A DNA stretch of 64,000 nt, taken from assembly GCA_965249955.1 (NCBI GenBank), contig OZ252261.1:1202074-1266073 (forward strand), given 5' to 3'. The translations under genes and the position numbers were made by a program. Of the stretch, positions 31,048-42,700 are shown in pieces; positions within the stretch are counted from its first letter, which is position 1; each line of letters begins with the position of its first letter. The stretch is from Bacteroidia bacterium. GTDB taxonomy: Bacteria > Bacteroidota > Bacteroidia > UBA8524. A model generated the notes under the pieces. That model did no database searches. It saw only the letters and a list, made by a program, of their open reading frames with translations, and was not told the DNA's origin.

Positions 31048-34000
31048 TTAATTTACTATTGAGATTTCGGCTGAATATACCGAGTTTAGAGAGTTTACTA
31101 GAATTTTATAATTTCCGTTTGCTAAGTGGACAGCAAGTGGATAAGTTTTATGCAACAGTGTTGCGTTTTTAGTCCTAAAAACTACCTGACCAAGCTGATT
31201 ATAGATAATAATCTGTGTGATTTCTTCATCATTGGGCAATTTTATCGCAAATTGACCCGCAGATGGGTTGGGATAAATGCTTAAAAAGTCGTTTTGAGCA
31301 TTATTTACTATGCTTAATGGGTTGATATTGACTGATTTTTTTGTGATAGAGGCGCAGCCCTTATCTTCTACCTTCAAGGTAATAGTTACTATACCTGTTG
31401 CTGCAAAAGCATATTGATGGGCTATTTTAAGAGTATCTGTTCCTCCTTGCCCGTATAACCACGTATAGCTACCGCTACCGTTTGGTATCTCAGGCGTTAT
31501 TATCATCACTCCATCGCCCGTTTTACGCGATTCTACATTAAAATTGCTATTGGGTGTTGCTATAACCTCTATTGTTTTAGTTATTGTACCAGCACACCCC
31601 ATGCTTGAATAGGCAATAAGCTCAATATTATGGTTGCCTAATGTATACAAGGTATCTGTTGGATGCTCTAGTATGCTTTGTTTTCCGCTTAAACTCCACA
31701 CATAGGTTAGTGGGCCTGTGCTTAGCGTACTATTGTTTGTTAAAGTATACCCAATACCTGAGCACACTTGCTTGGGCGAAATAAAATCGGCTAATGGCTT
31801 TTCAGTAATTGTTACATCGCGCTCAAGCTTTGCATCGCATCCATTACCGGCGTATGCGGTAAGCACTACCTTTCTTTTTCCTAATGCCGAATAAAGATAT
31901 TGTGTATGCTTTGTATTAGCGGTATCGTCTGCACCTGCATCACCAAAATCCCAAAAATAGCTTACACCGGTATGCAAAGGCTCTTGGGTTGTATTGGTAA
32001 AAGTAATGTGCTGATTGGCACAGGTATTATCCATCACAAAATCAACATCAGGCGTTCCTTGCAGTGTTACACTTTTTATAGCTGTATCAACACAACCGAA
32101 GCCATTGCGAGCTAGTAAAAGCACTGTATATTCTCCTTCAGTAGCATAAATATGCTCTACTTGTTTAGTGTTTGACGAATCGCCATCACCAAAATACCAT
32201 GTAAAACCAATTTGCCCCGCAGTGGTTGTATTGTTAGTAAAACTAACCTTTTTTTGGTTGCACGCTAATACAGGAAACGAAAATGCAGCACTTGGCTTTT
32301 GGGCAAAAGTTACTTGTTTGGTTCGGGTGGTAGCACAGCCTCTTCCATCGGTTATAGTAAGGCTAACATTGTAAAGACCATAATTATTGTACAAATAGGT
32401 AGGGTTTGAGGCTACTGATGTACCAATAGCATCACCAAAATCCCAATCTTGTGTATAAATGCTTGTATGGGCTATTGAGTTATTACTAAATGTAATGGGC
32501 TTGCCTTCGCATTGGTTGGTAAAAGTAAAATCGGTTTCGGGGGCATCGTACACTCGCACATTAGCTACTACACTATCAACAAATCCTTCGGGCGAAGAGG
32601 TATAAAGCACTACCCTATAATTCCCCGGGCTTTTATAAAGTTTTAGTGGGCTGGTAGAGAAGCTGGAATCGTTATCACCAAAAAGCCATTTATAGCTTAA
32701 AAAACCACCGCCTACCGATGAGTTTACAAACTGTAGCGACCTTCCCTCACAAACATTTGTAAATGAAAATGCTGCAACAGGTTTTTGAACAACACGTATA
32801 TACCTGCTTACGGGTGGCGCTACACATCCTGTTTGTGCATCGGCTACATAAAACGAGGCTAACAATGTATCGTAGGCAATATTTGTTGATGGGTTAAATG
32901 CAAATACAGCATTGCTATTACTGTTTGCTCCTTTTAAAAGTGTATCGGCTGCATTTACAACTTTTGCGCTATTAATTACAGCCAAATCAACGGCGTGCAC
33001 ATTCCATTTAATGCCATAATCAGTATTTAGATAACCTAAGGGGGCGGTTATCTCGTATTTAGATGTATCAAATGTAGGCAGCACATCAGGGTCTATTATA
33101 TCGCCTCCGTTTAGTTTGCCTTTAAAACCTAAGGCTGCTTGTACTTTAAAACCTATTGGTACTGCACTAACCACAATGTTTTTTGAGCTTACAAAGGGTT
33201 TACCTTTTATACGGGCTTGTAAAACATGACTGCCTGCATTTACAAAACTAATAGGTATTGAAAATGAGAACCAAGCCGAATCGCCTGCCAAAATTGTATT
33301 TGGAAAAGGCTCTACCACTTCTGCACCAAAATTAAGGGTGTATCCCAAATCGAAATTGGCAATGTCATAGGGCGAGTTATTCTTTACTAATACTTTTACG
33401 GTATCATTACTGCCCACGCAAGCTATATTACTGCTGTTGGCTATTTTGCTTACATTGGCATTAATAGTAAACTCGTACGCTCCCGGATCGGGCAAAGTAG
33501 TACTACGAATGCTGTTGTTAACATCAACTAAAAGACCTGCTGCGTAGCCTATATCATCAATATTTACAGCTCGAGGAAAAAGGTTACCACTACTGGTGTT
33601 TATGAAATCAGGGTTTACTTGTGTAGAGTTTTGTCCAAAAGGCGAGCCTGCACCACTGGCTGTTTGCCAATCTTTTAAAGTAGCATAATCACCATTCACC
33701 CAGCCATAATTTGCTTTTACACCGGTTACAAACACATTGTTATTATCTATTGTTATTGCACCGCTGTTTTGATATACCCCATACCTAAGTTCTGCACCTC
33801 CTCGTGTTATCGATACTATATTGTTTCGAAATTCTGAACCTGTTGAAGTATTGCAAGTAGCTTTATCATGGTACAAGCCATATACTACACCAAAGGTAAC
33901 TGAGCTGTTATCGGCAGAGATAGTATTGTGTACTATTTTAGTGCTTGGCGAGCAGCCCATATATATACCGTACCATAGGCCACTATTGTTGTTTTCGTAT

Positions 34001-34965
34001 ATTAAATTATTGGCTACTATAATATTGCCTAGGCTATTATCAACATTAATCCCATAAAACCTCCCAAATTTTGAGGCTGGTGATACAGCTGCATAGCAGT
34101 TGTATATTCTGTTTGCTAAAATTGAGTCTTCACTGTTAGAGTTCACCAAGCGAATGCCATAGGTATCGTCCACAGTAGTTCTATTGGGGCGCGAAATTTG
34201 ACAATTAAACACCTTTATTCCCTTAGCATTGGTAACAAGTATACCTGTTGAACGAAAGTCTTGTATTTGAGTATGAATTACTGCAATATCAGCTAATATA
34301 TTTCCTGTTGCTTGTGGGTTAATCACCATTCCGTGCCCTGCCCCACCATTGGCTGAGCCTGCTATTGTGCAAGTAGTAATTAATAGTTTTTTTGCCGCAC
34401 TGCCTGCTGTTAGTGCATTGGTATTTGATGCGGCTACTACTACGCCTATACCATCGCCAATGCCTGTAAAATTAGGAATACTGATAACACAGTTATCCAG
34501 CACATTATTATCAGCATTATTGGTATAATGTATGCCCCATGCTTGGTTTGTGCCCAATGCCTGTATAGATAAATTGCGAATAGTTAAAAAATCAGCTCCA
34601 TCAATTTTTAGTGTATGCTTATCAGTGGGCGAAGTAGCCGTATAGCTAATTATTTGGTTGTTACCGTTTATTAAAATGGTGTTTACAAAGGTGGCTCCCG
34701 GCACAATACCTAATGAAGCTTGCTCAGTATAGGGGCCATTATGCACATCAATAGTTACCTTTCCATTAACACCTCGTGCAACTAAGGCGTTGAAAATTGA
34801 CTGAAAAGAGACAAAATTAGTTGATGATGCAGCTTGAAGTTTATTTATTGTGTAGTTGCCGTTTAGCGGCTGTGCAATTGTATAAAAACAGCAAAAAACA
34901 GCCATAAAAAGGGTTAAACACACCTTTTTAACTTTGACTAAATATGTTTTTTGCGTTAAGTCCAC
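31048..34965 (-). CDS. Gene G: more divergent T9SS-secreted beta-helix/PKD protein
   Basis: GTG start; signal peptide; beta-helix coils; LPDPGAYEF; PKD repeats; IYPNP CTD. Confidence 0.88.
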   Translation of the reverse strand: MDLTQKTYLVKVKKVCLTLFMAVFCCFYTIAQPLNGNYTINKLQAASSTNFVSFQSIFNALVARGVNGKVTIDVHNGPYTEQASLGIVPGATFVNTILINGNNQIISYTATSPTDKHTLKIDGADFLTIRNLSIQALGTNQAWGIHYTNNADNNVLDNCVISIPNFTGIGDGIGVVVAASNTNALTAGSAAKKLLITTCTIAGSANGGAGHGMVINPQATGNILADIAVIHTQIQDFRSTGILVTNAKGIKVFNCQISRPNRTTVDDTYGIRLVNSNSEDSILANRIYNCYAAVSPASKFGRFYGINVDNSLGNIIVANNLIYENNNSGLWYGIYMGCSPSTKIVHNTISADNSSVTFGVVYGLYHDKATCNTSTGSEFRNNIVSITRGGAELRYGVYQNSGAITIDNNNVFVTGVKANYGWVNGDYATLKDWQTASGAGSPFGQNSTQVNPDFINTSSGNLFPRAVNIDDIGYAAGLLVDVNNSIRSTTLPDPGAYEFTINANVSKIANSSNIACVGSNDTVKVLVKNNSPYDIANFDLGYTLNFGAEVVEPFPNTILAGDSAWFSFSIPISFVNAGSHVLQARIKGKPFVSSKNIVVSAVPIGFKVQAALGFKGKLNGGDIIDPDVLPTFDTSKYEITAPLGYLNTDYGIKWNVHAVDLAVINSAKVVNAADTLLKGANSNSNAVFAFNPSTNIAYDTLLASFYVADAQTGCVAPPVSRYIRVVQKPVAAFSFTNVCEGRSLQFVNSSVGGGFLSYKWLFGDNDSSFSTSPLKLYKSPGNYRVVLYTSSPEGFVDSVVANVRVYDAPETDFTFTNQCEGKPITFSNNSIAHTSIYTQDWDFGDAIGTSVASNPTYLYNNYGLYNVSLTITDGRGCATTRTKQVTFAQKPSAAFSFPVLACNQKKVSFTNNTTTAGQIGFTWYFGDGDSSNTKQVEHIYATEGEYTVLLLARNGFGCVDTAIKSVTLQGTPDVDFVMDNTCANQHITFTNTTQEPLHTGVSYFWDFGDAGADDTANTKHTQYLYSALGKRKVVLTAYAGNGCDAKLERDVTITEKPLADFISPKQVCSGIGYTLTNNSTLSTGPLTYVWSLSGKQSILEHPTDTLYTLGNHNIELIAYSSMGCAGTITKTIEVIATPNSNFNVESRKTGDGVMIITPEIPNGSGSYTWLYGQGGTDTLKIAHQYAFAATGIVTITLKVEDKGCASITKKSVNINPLSIVNNAQNDFLSIYPNPSAGQFAIKLPNDEEITQIIIYNQLGQVVFRTKNATLLHKTYPLAVHLANGNYKILVNSLNSVYSAEISIVN

Positions 34966-34992
34966 ACTTATTCTAAATTAAATATAGTATAT

Positions 34993-35000
34993 CAAAGTTA
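34993..35000 (-). promoter_or_regulatory. -7 promoter box (TAACTTTG) of gene G
   Basis: TAnnTTTG, 27 nt upstream of the GTG. Confidence 0.5.
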
Positions 35001-35071
35001 CACAAATTTGACTAATGTGATTTTCAGCACAATGTCAAAAAAAAGTAAACTCACCTACTACTGCCGTAAAT

Positions 35072-35102
35072 AAAAAAAGGGCGCCTTTTACAAGGCGCCC
35101 TT
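35072..35102 (-). terminator. Intrinsic terminator of gene H
   Basis: AAGGGCGCCTT-loop-AAGGCGCCCTT with A-run. Confidence 0.85.
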
Positions 35103-35144
35103 ACTATTAAAGCTTAGTTTTTAATTTATGGAGTGAGGCACGTA

Positions 35145-38100
35145 TTAACGTGTAACTGTAACTTTTTTGTTAGCTACTTGACCATTGCTTTGTATTTGTA
35201 CAAAGTATACGCCCGCAGCTACTTCTGATAAGTCTACAGTTAGTTTGTTGTTCAATACATCGTTTGCACTGAAAGTGCGAACGGCTTGGCCTGCTATATT
35301 CATTATTGTAATAGTAGCATCGCCATGTACAGGTACGCCAAACTCTACTTCAAATTTACCGCTGTTAGGGTTAGGGTAAATGTTGATTGCTTCGCCAAAG
35401 GTTACATCTTGTATTCCTGTGGTGTTTGAAGTTACATTTACAAGACGTAGGTGAGGAACAGATATATTGCCTGAACCATCAACGGCTTGGTAAATAACTT
35501 GATACAAACCTTCTTTAAGCATGTTAACGTTTGAGCTTAGGATTTCAACCTTACCTTTAAACTTGGTAGGATCTGAACCGATATTTTCAAACGTGTTAGG
35601 TGCCCAGTAGTTATCCCAAGTACTTACACCATCAAATGGATTAAATACTGTCCAACGCTCAAGGTTTGCAGGTGTAGAAATAACAATTGGGCTAGAGTTA
35701 TCAACTACACGGATGATACGAGTGTACACAGAAGTGTTACCTGCACCGTCAGTACCTGTATAAGTAATTGTATAATCACCTAATTCGGTAATATCAAAGT
35801 TACCTGTACGTGTAATGTTTACAGTTGGGAAGTAGTTATCACTACCTGTTACTGCTGGTTCAGTAAACGATAAATCGTTTACAGCTACTGTCATAAACTC
35901 AGAACCTGAACGTGAAGTAAGTACCGGTGGTACTAGGTCGGTTACATTGTATACACGTGTTAACTGTGTAGCTGCATTACCAGAACCGTCTACTGCTGAG
36001 TATGTTACTTTGTATTGTCCAAATACTGACGTATTTACCTGACCTGATACTACGTTTAGTTGAACATTAGTCCAATAGTTATCCGATACGGTAGTTGGGT
36101 CTGCAAAGTTTGAGTTTACTTGAACGGTCATTGGGTTTCCGCCTACTGCATTAATTACAGGAGATGTGCGGTCTACTACGTTTACTATACGTTTTGCTGT
36201 GCTTGTGTTGCCATAAGCATCTGTTACGGTATAGTCAACCTCATAAGTTCCCAATTGGGTCTCGTCAACTTGGTTAGCAGCTATTATTAGGTTATCAATG
36301 TTTACTGCTCCAGGGTTATCTATTGCAGTAGCTCCTGAATCGTTGTAAGGGGTGTTTACTTCGTGTGTTTGGGTAGCATTACCTACTACTGTAAGTGTTG
36401 GTGCTGTTAAATCAGCCAATACGAATACAAAACGTACACGTGGTTGTGCTGCTATACCTGAACCATCTTTTACATTATAAGTAACTACATAAACACCTGT
36501 TTGTGAAGAGTCAACTTGGTTAACAGTAACTATACGACCTGTAATGTTACCTTCACGGTTATCAAATGCGGTAGCTCCTGCATCGTTGTATGAAGTATTT
36601 ACTTCAATATATACGCTATCGGCACCGTTCATTGTAATTACTGGAGGTACATCGTCAGCTTTCATCACTATTAAATAGTCTTCGTATTCACCTACATCTA
36701 TAGGACCACAAGCAGTGAAAGGCTTACCTGCAAAGGCAATACCAACACGCATACGTGCTATACCGGGTGTTACTACGCTATTATCAGGTATTGTAACTGT
36801 TGTAGCAAGCACTTTAGAGGTGCTGTTAAAATCGCTGGCAACTACTTCGCTTGCATCAAAAGTACCATCACGATTAAAGTCAATCCATACTTTACGGTCT
36901 GCAAGATCAACATTTTGGTCGCGTTCAACCTCAATATCATAGCTACCACCAATGTAAACTTCAGGAGAAGTTGGTGTTGAGTTGTTTTCGTAACCGTTGT
37001 TACCTAAACTACTAACTACTTCTTGACCGGCAAATTTAACACGGCTAATAGACATACTTTGTAGCGGAGTACCCACTGTAGGTGTACAGTAGTCGATTAC
37101 GCGCACATAATCAGTACGAGTGCGGCTTGCTGTACCATTATCGTTGGTTGCTGTATATTTAACAGTGTAACGACCTGCTTTATCAAACTGTACGTTGATA
37201 TCTTGATCGGTTAATGTACCACCATTTAATAAAGTAAAGTCACCGGGAGATATAGTCCAAGTACCTTCACACCAAGCAACGGTTTTATTGCGAAGTGTTG
37301 TGTTTTCGCCAACTGAAATTATTGACTCATCAGTACTAAAGTCTACAATTGGCAACATAGAAGTTGTTGCTAGATGGAATGTGCGGTAAGCAGTATCCCA
37401 ACCTTCGCATGATTTTACAACTAAACGTACTGTGTATGTTTTATCGTTGGTGTACACATAAGTAGGGTTTTCCTCATCGTTGTTGTAAGGAAAATCTTCA
37501 AAACCTGCAGGGTAAGCTATGTTTGCATCGTAGTCGAATATCCATTGGATATCTTCAATTTCGCGAGTATTTTTAGTTGCATTACTGAAACGAATTTCGC
37601 GAGTAGCTAAACAGTTGTATATAGAATCGTTGCTTAAACGATCAACAACATCTATAGCTGCATTTATAGGGCCATCGTTACGGTAGTTGGTTTTCCAGAA
37701 TAATGCAAAACCTTTTCCGCTGGTAAATGTATTACTTTGAAACTCTACAGTTGCTTTGCCACTTACAGCAACAAAGTTTTTATCGCCACCAAGTGCTTGG
37801 TTATTACCTCCTTGAAACAATAGTTTACCGGTTACATCCGGACCATCGTAGATACGCAAGAAATCATTAGTACCTAATGTATACTCAGCATTTGGAAGAA
37901 AAATCTCAATACTTTCAGCATCACATACGTCTATAACAAACTGGCAAAGAGCATTTTTATCAGGATAGTTTTTGTCTTTTCCTCCCGGATCGTATACTAC
38001 ACCAGAATCGCGTCCACTTCTTAAGTCTTCGCAAATAACGTTTTCAATTTTGTTTGAGTTGGTAGGGTATTCTATCACTACGTAATCGTCTTTACATAGT

Positions 38101-39226
38101 TTGGTAGAACCTATAGAGTTACTGGCTGTTAAACATACTTGGTAGTTTGCAGTATCGGTAAAGAATATCGACATATTTCTAGATGCCAAACTACCGCTAA
38201 TGGTAAACCAAAACTTGTCAAAATCAGGCGGGGTAATTTCCCACAAATACGTTGTTGGCCCAGAAGTAGAGAAGTCTAAGAAATCGACAATTTCATCAAC
38301 AACCGGATCGTTGGCAGCTAAAGGAATATAATTTCGACTGGCCAAAAACCTTACAGAAGGTGCAACAGTAGGATCGACAACAACAACATTTTTAGTTGTA
38401 GTGGCTGAACCTGCACAATTGGTTGATGTAACCCTTACTTGGTATGTGCCTGCCGATGGGAAAGCATATAAGAAGTTAGTTGTTGATGCTTCAACATTGG
38501 CCAAACCATTAACTGAGGTTGACCACTCGTGCCCAATGTAACCATCTTTGTTGGCATTAATAAATGTTGCAGGCGAACCTGTAAACACTGTATCAGGAAT
38601 AAAGAAGTTTGCTGTTGGGTTTGAAGGAGTGTTAATGGTAATATCAAAATCAAAAGTCTCACCCCAAGTAACTGAGTTACAAGTTGTGGTTGAATTAAAT
38701 GTGTTACTACCTGAAACACGTAAGCGCATTCTGGTTAAACCAGGTTTAGCACTACACGGAACCGATACCGTTTTTGAATAGTTGTCGGTAGCATTAAACG
38801 TTAAAGAACAAAATACTCTCCCGCATCATTAAAGTCTCTGTCGCCATTCCAATCTATCCAACCTGCATAACGGTTAGTTGTAGTGGTAGCTGGTCCGTTT
38901 TGAGATTTAAACTCATAAGATGAGCCGGGGGTAACATCGGTTGTATATTTTGGGAATGAAGCGGCATCCCAATAGCTATACAAACCTCTGCTAATACTTG
39001 GACAAGAAGGGCCTTCAAATTTAAGCTTGTTAAATTCAACTTTTTCAAAGGCAGCATTCCAGCCGTCGCAAATGGTTCCGTTAAGACCGGCCGCACCGCA
39101 ATAGGGTGAAGGATTGGTTGATTGAGCTCTCAAATTCCCTGCAAAACCCACTGTAAACAGCAGGGCAAGAGCCATTGAGGCTAAAATCAAAACATTCCGT
39201 CGTTTTTTTGTAAAGGTGTTATTCAT
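35145..39226 (-). pseudogene. Gene H: frameshifted T9SS protein (GEVED-PKD-PKD-CUB-PKD-PKD-GEVED-5x DUF5011-like Ig-CTD), split into ORFs 38801-39226 and 35145-38729
   Basis: The upstream ORF (signal peptide + half a GEVED domain) stops at ...GEYFVL*. The -1 frame continues TFNATDNYSKTVSVPC...TRMRLRV, colinear with gene J. Confidence 0.85.
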
Positions 39227-39649
39227 AGGTGTTTGATTGATTTGTTACTTGTGTTAACTTACTATTAAACTTAATTCGTGGCCACTAATATCCTACTATT
39301 TTTTATTTAAACAAAGGTTTTGTATAGTTTTTAGCCATTTAAAAGCAGTTTTTACTGTTTTTTGACATTTTAAAAATATTAACAAAAGCCAAATATTAAC
39401 CCAACAATCAGCTAAAAAACAGCTAACAAGCATCATATTAAGTTATTAATAATTTGTATATACAACAATAAACCGATTTAAAGAATTTTGTAGCAATACT
39501 ACCCGCCATTTTTAATGGTTTACCAAACTTTGTTACTGAAGTAGGCAGGGTATAACGAAATAGCCAAAGCAGACTTTTTTACAGCTGATAGTTAACGCTG
39601 AAACCGTGTAGTACTCTCGTCAGCCCTACACAAAGGAAAAGACAAAAAG

Positions 39650-39684
39650 AAAAGGGCTATGGCAGAATTCTGCCATAGCCCTTT
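39650..39684 (-). terminator. Intrinsic terminator of gene I
   Basis: Palindrome AAAGGGCTATGGCAGAATTCTGCCATAGCCCTTT. Confidence 0.9.
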
Positions 39685-39712
39685 AAGCTATTAAGTATGC
39701 TAAGGCTATGCC

Positions 39713-42700
39713 TTAACGTGTAACTGTAACTTTTTTGTTAGCTACTTGACCATTGCTTTGTATTTGTACAAAGTATACGCCCGCAGCTACTTCTGATAAG
39801 TCTACAGTTAATTTGTTGTTCAATACATCGTTTGCACTGAAAGTACGAACGGCTTGGCCTGCTATATTCATTATTGTAATAGTAGCATCGCCATGTACAG
39901 GTACGCCAAACTCTACTTCAAATTTACCGCTGTTAGGGTTAGGGTAAATGTTGATTGCTTCGCCAAAGGTTACATCTTGTATTCCTGTGGTGTTTGAAGT
40001 TACATTTACAAGACGTAGGTGAGGATCAGAAACATTACCTGAACCATCAATAGCTTGGTAGATTACTTGGTATATACCTTCTTTAAGCATATTTACGTTT
40101 GAAACCAATATTTCAACACGTCCAGCAAAAGGGGCTGTTGTACCAACATTTTCAAACGAGCTTGGTGCCCAATAGTTATCCCAAGTACTTACACCATCAA
40201 ATGGATTAAATACTGACCAACGTTCAATATTTACCGGCGTAGATATTATTGAAGGTTTATCTCTGTCTATAATGCGCACTACGCGAGTATATACAGCAGT
40301 ATTACCCGCACCGTCAGTACCTGTATAAGTGATTGTGTAATCTCCTAACGTAGTGATGTCATAATCTCCTGTACGTGTAATGTTTACTGTTGGGAAGTAG
40401 TTATCACTACCTGTTACTGCTGGCTCAGTAAACGATAAATCGTTTACATCAACAACAATAAACTCAGAACCTGAACGTGAAGTAAGTACCGGTGGTACTA
40501 GGTCGGTTACATTGTATACACGTGTTAATTGTGTAGCTGCATTACCCGAACCGTCTACTGCTGAGTAGGTTACTTTGTATTGTCCAAATACTGATGTGTT
40601 TACCTGACCTGATACTACGTTTAGTTGAACATTAGTCCAATAGTTATCCGATACGGTAGTTGGGTCTGCAAAGTTTGAGTTTACTTGAACGGTCATTGGG
40701 TTTCCACCTACTGCATTAATTACAGGAGATGTGCGGTCTACTACGTTTACTATACGTTTTGCTGTGCTTGTGTTGCCATAAGCATCTGTTACGGTATAGT
40801 CAACCTCATAAGTTCCCAATTGGGTCACGTCAACTTGGTTAGCAGCTATTATTAGGTTATCAATGTTTACTGCTCCAGGGTTATCTATTGCAGTAGCTCC
40901 TGAATCGTTGTAAGGGGTGTTTACTTCGTGTGTTTGGGTAGCATTACCTACTACTGTAAGTGTTGGTGCTGTTAAATCAGCCAATACGAATACAAAACGT
41001 ACACGTGGTTGTGCTGCTATACCTGAACCATCTTTTGCATTATAAGTAACTACATAAACACCTGTTTGGGTTACATCAACTTGGTTAGCAGTAACAAGGC
41101 AGCAGCTAGTAATATTACCTTCACGGTTATCAAATGCGGTAGCTCCTGCATCGTTGTATGAAGTATTTACTTCAATATATACGCTATCGGCACCGTTCAT
41201 TGTAATTACTGGAGGTACATCGTCAGCTTTCATCATTATTAAATAGTCTTCGTATTCACCTACATCTATAGGGCCACAAGCAGTGAAAGGCTTACCTGCA
41301 AAGGCAATACCAACACGCATACGTGCTATACCGGGTGTTACTACACTATTATTGGGTATTGTAATTGTTGTAGCAAGCACTTTAGAGGTGCTGTTAAAAT
41401 CGCTGGCAACTACTTCGCTTGCATCAAAAGTGCCATCACGGTTAAAGTCAATCCATACTTTACGGTCTGCAAGATCAACATTTTGGTCGCGTTCAACCTC
41501 CAAGTTATAGCTACCACCTATGTAAGCAACAACAGCACCAACTGTACTATTATTTTCATAACCGCCATTACCTAAGCCACTAATTACTTCTTGACCGTCG
41601 AATTTAACGCGGCTAATAGACATACTTTGTAGCGGAGTACCCACTGTTGGAATACAGTAGTCGATTACACGCACATAATCAGTACGAGTACGGCTTGCTG
41701 TACCATTATCGTTGGTTGCTGTATATTTAACGGTGTAACGACCTGCTTTATCAAACCGTACATTGATATCTTGATCGGTTAATGTACCACCATCCAATAA
41801 GGTATAAGTGCCGGGAGAGATAGTCCAAGTACCTTCACACCAAGCAACGGTTTTATTACGAAGTGTGGTGTTTTGACCGATGGTTAATATGCTTTCGTCA
41901 ACAGCAAAATCAACTTGGGGCAACATAGTAGTTGTGGCCAAATGGAATGTGCGGTAAGCAGTATCCCAACCTTCGCATGATTTTACAACTAAACGAACAG
42001 TATATTTTTTGTCGTTAGTGTACACATAAGTAGGGTTTTCCTCATCGTTGTTGTAAGGAAAATCTTCAAAACCTGAAGGGTAAGCTATGTTTGCATCGTA
42101 ATCAAATATCCATTGAATATCGTCGATTTGGCGGGTATTTTTAGTGGTATTACTGAAACGAATTTCGCGAGTAGCTAAACAGTTGTATATAGAATCGTTG
42201 CTCAAAAGGTCTACAACATCTATACCTGCTTTTATAGGGCCATCGTTGTTTAGCTTAGCCTTCCAGTATAGTGCAAAACCATTTCCGTTGTTAAAGCCAT
42301 CAGTCTGAAACTCAATAGTTGCTTTACCGCTTGGCGCAGTAATAACTTCTGTTGTATTAAGAGCTGTATTGTTGCCGTTTTGAAACAATAGTTTTCCGCT
42401 GTTATCAGGGCCATCGTACACCCTTAAATAATCATTAAACGAAACTAAATAGTTTAAGCTGGGTATGGTAATTTCAATAGATTTAGCATCGCATACATCA
42501 ATAACAAACTGGCAAATGCCTACTTTATTAGGATATGGATCGTTTTTTCCTCCTGGATCGTATACTACACCAGAATCACGACCACTTCTAACATCCTCGC
42601 AGATATTATTTTCAATTTTGTTTGAGTTGGTAGGGTATTCTATCACTACATAATCATTTTTACATAGTTTGGTAGAACCTACTGCATTGCTTGCAGTAAG

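Noticed and set aside
18561-34965. Calling the beta-helix proteins polysaccharide lyases in a PUL
   Set aside because: No SusC/SusD pair and no recognisable catalytic motif; the fold alone does not show activity
38800-38806. CTT TAA C resembles the RF2 (prfB) +1 programmed frameshift site
   Set aside because: The downstream gene needs a -1 shift; the +1 frame stops after two codons; no canonical -1 slippery heptamer is present
41096-41108. Adjacent Cys-Cys (ITSCCLV) unique to gene I
   Set aside because: A local patch absent from H and J; nothing supports a function
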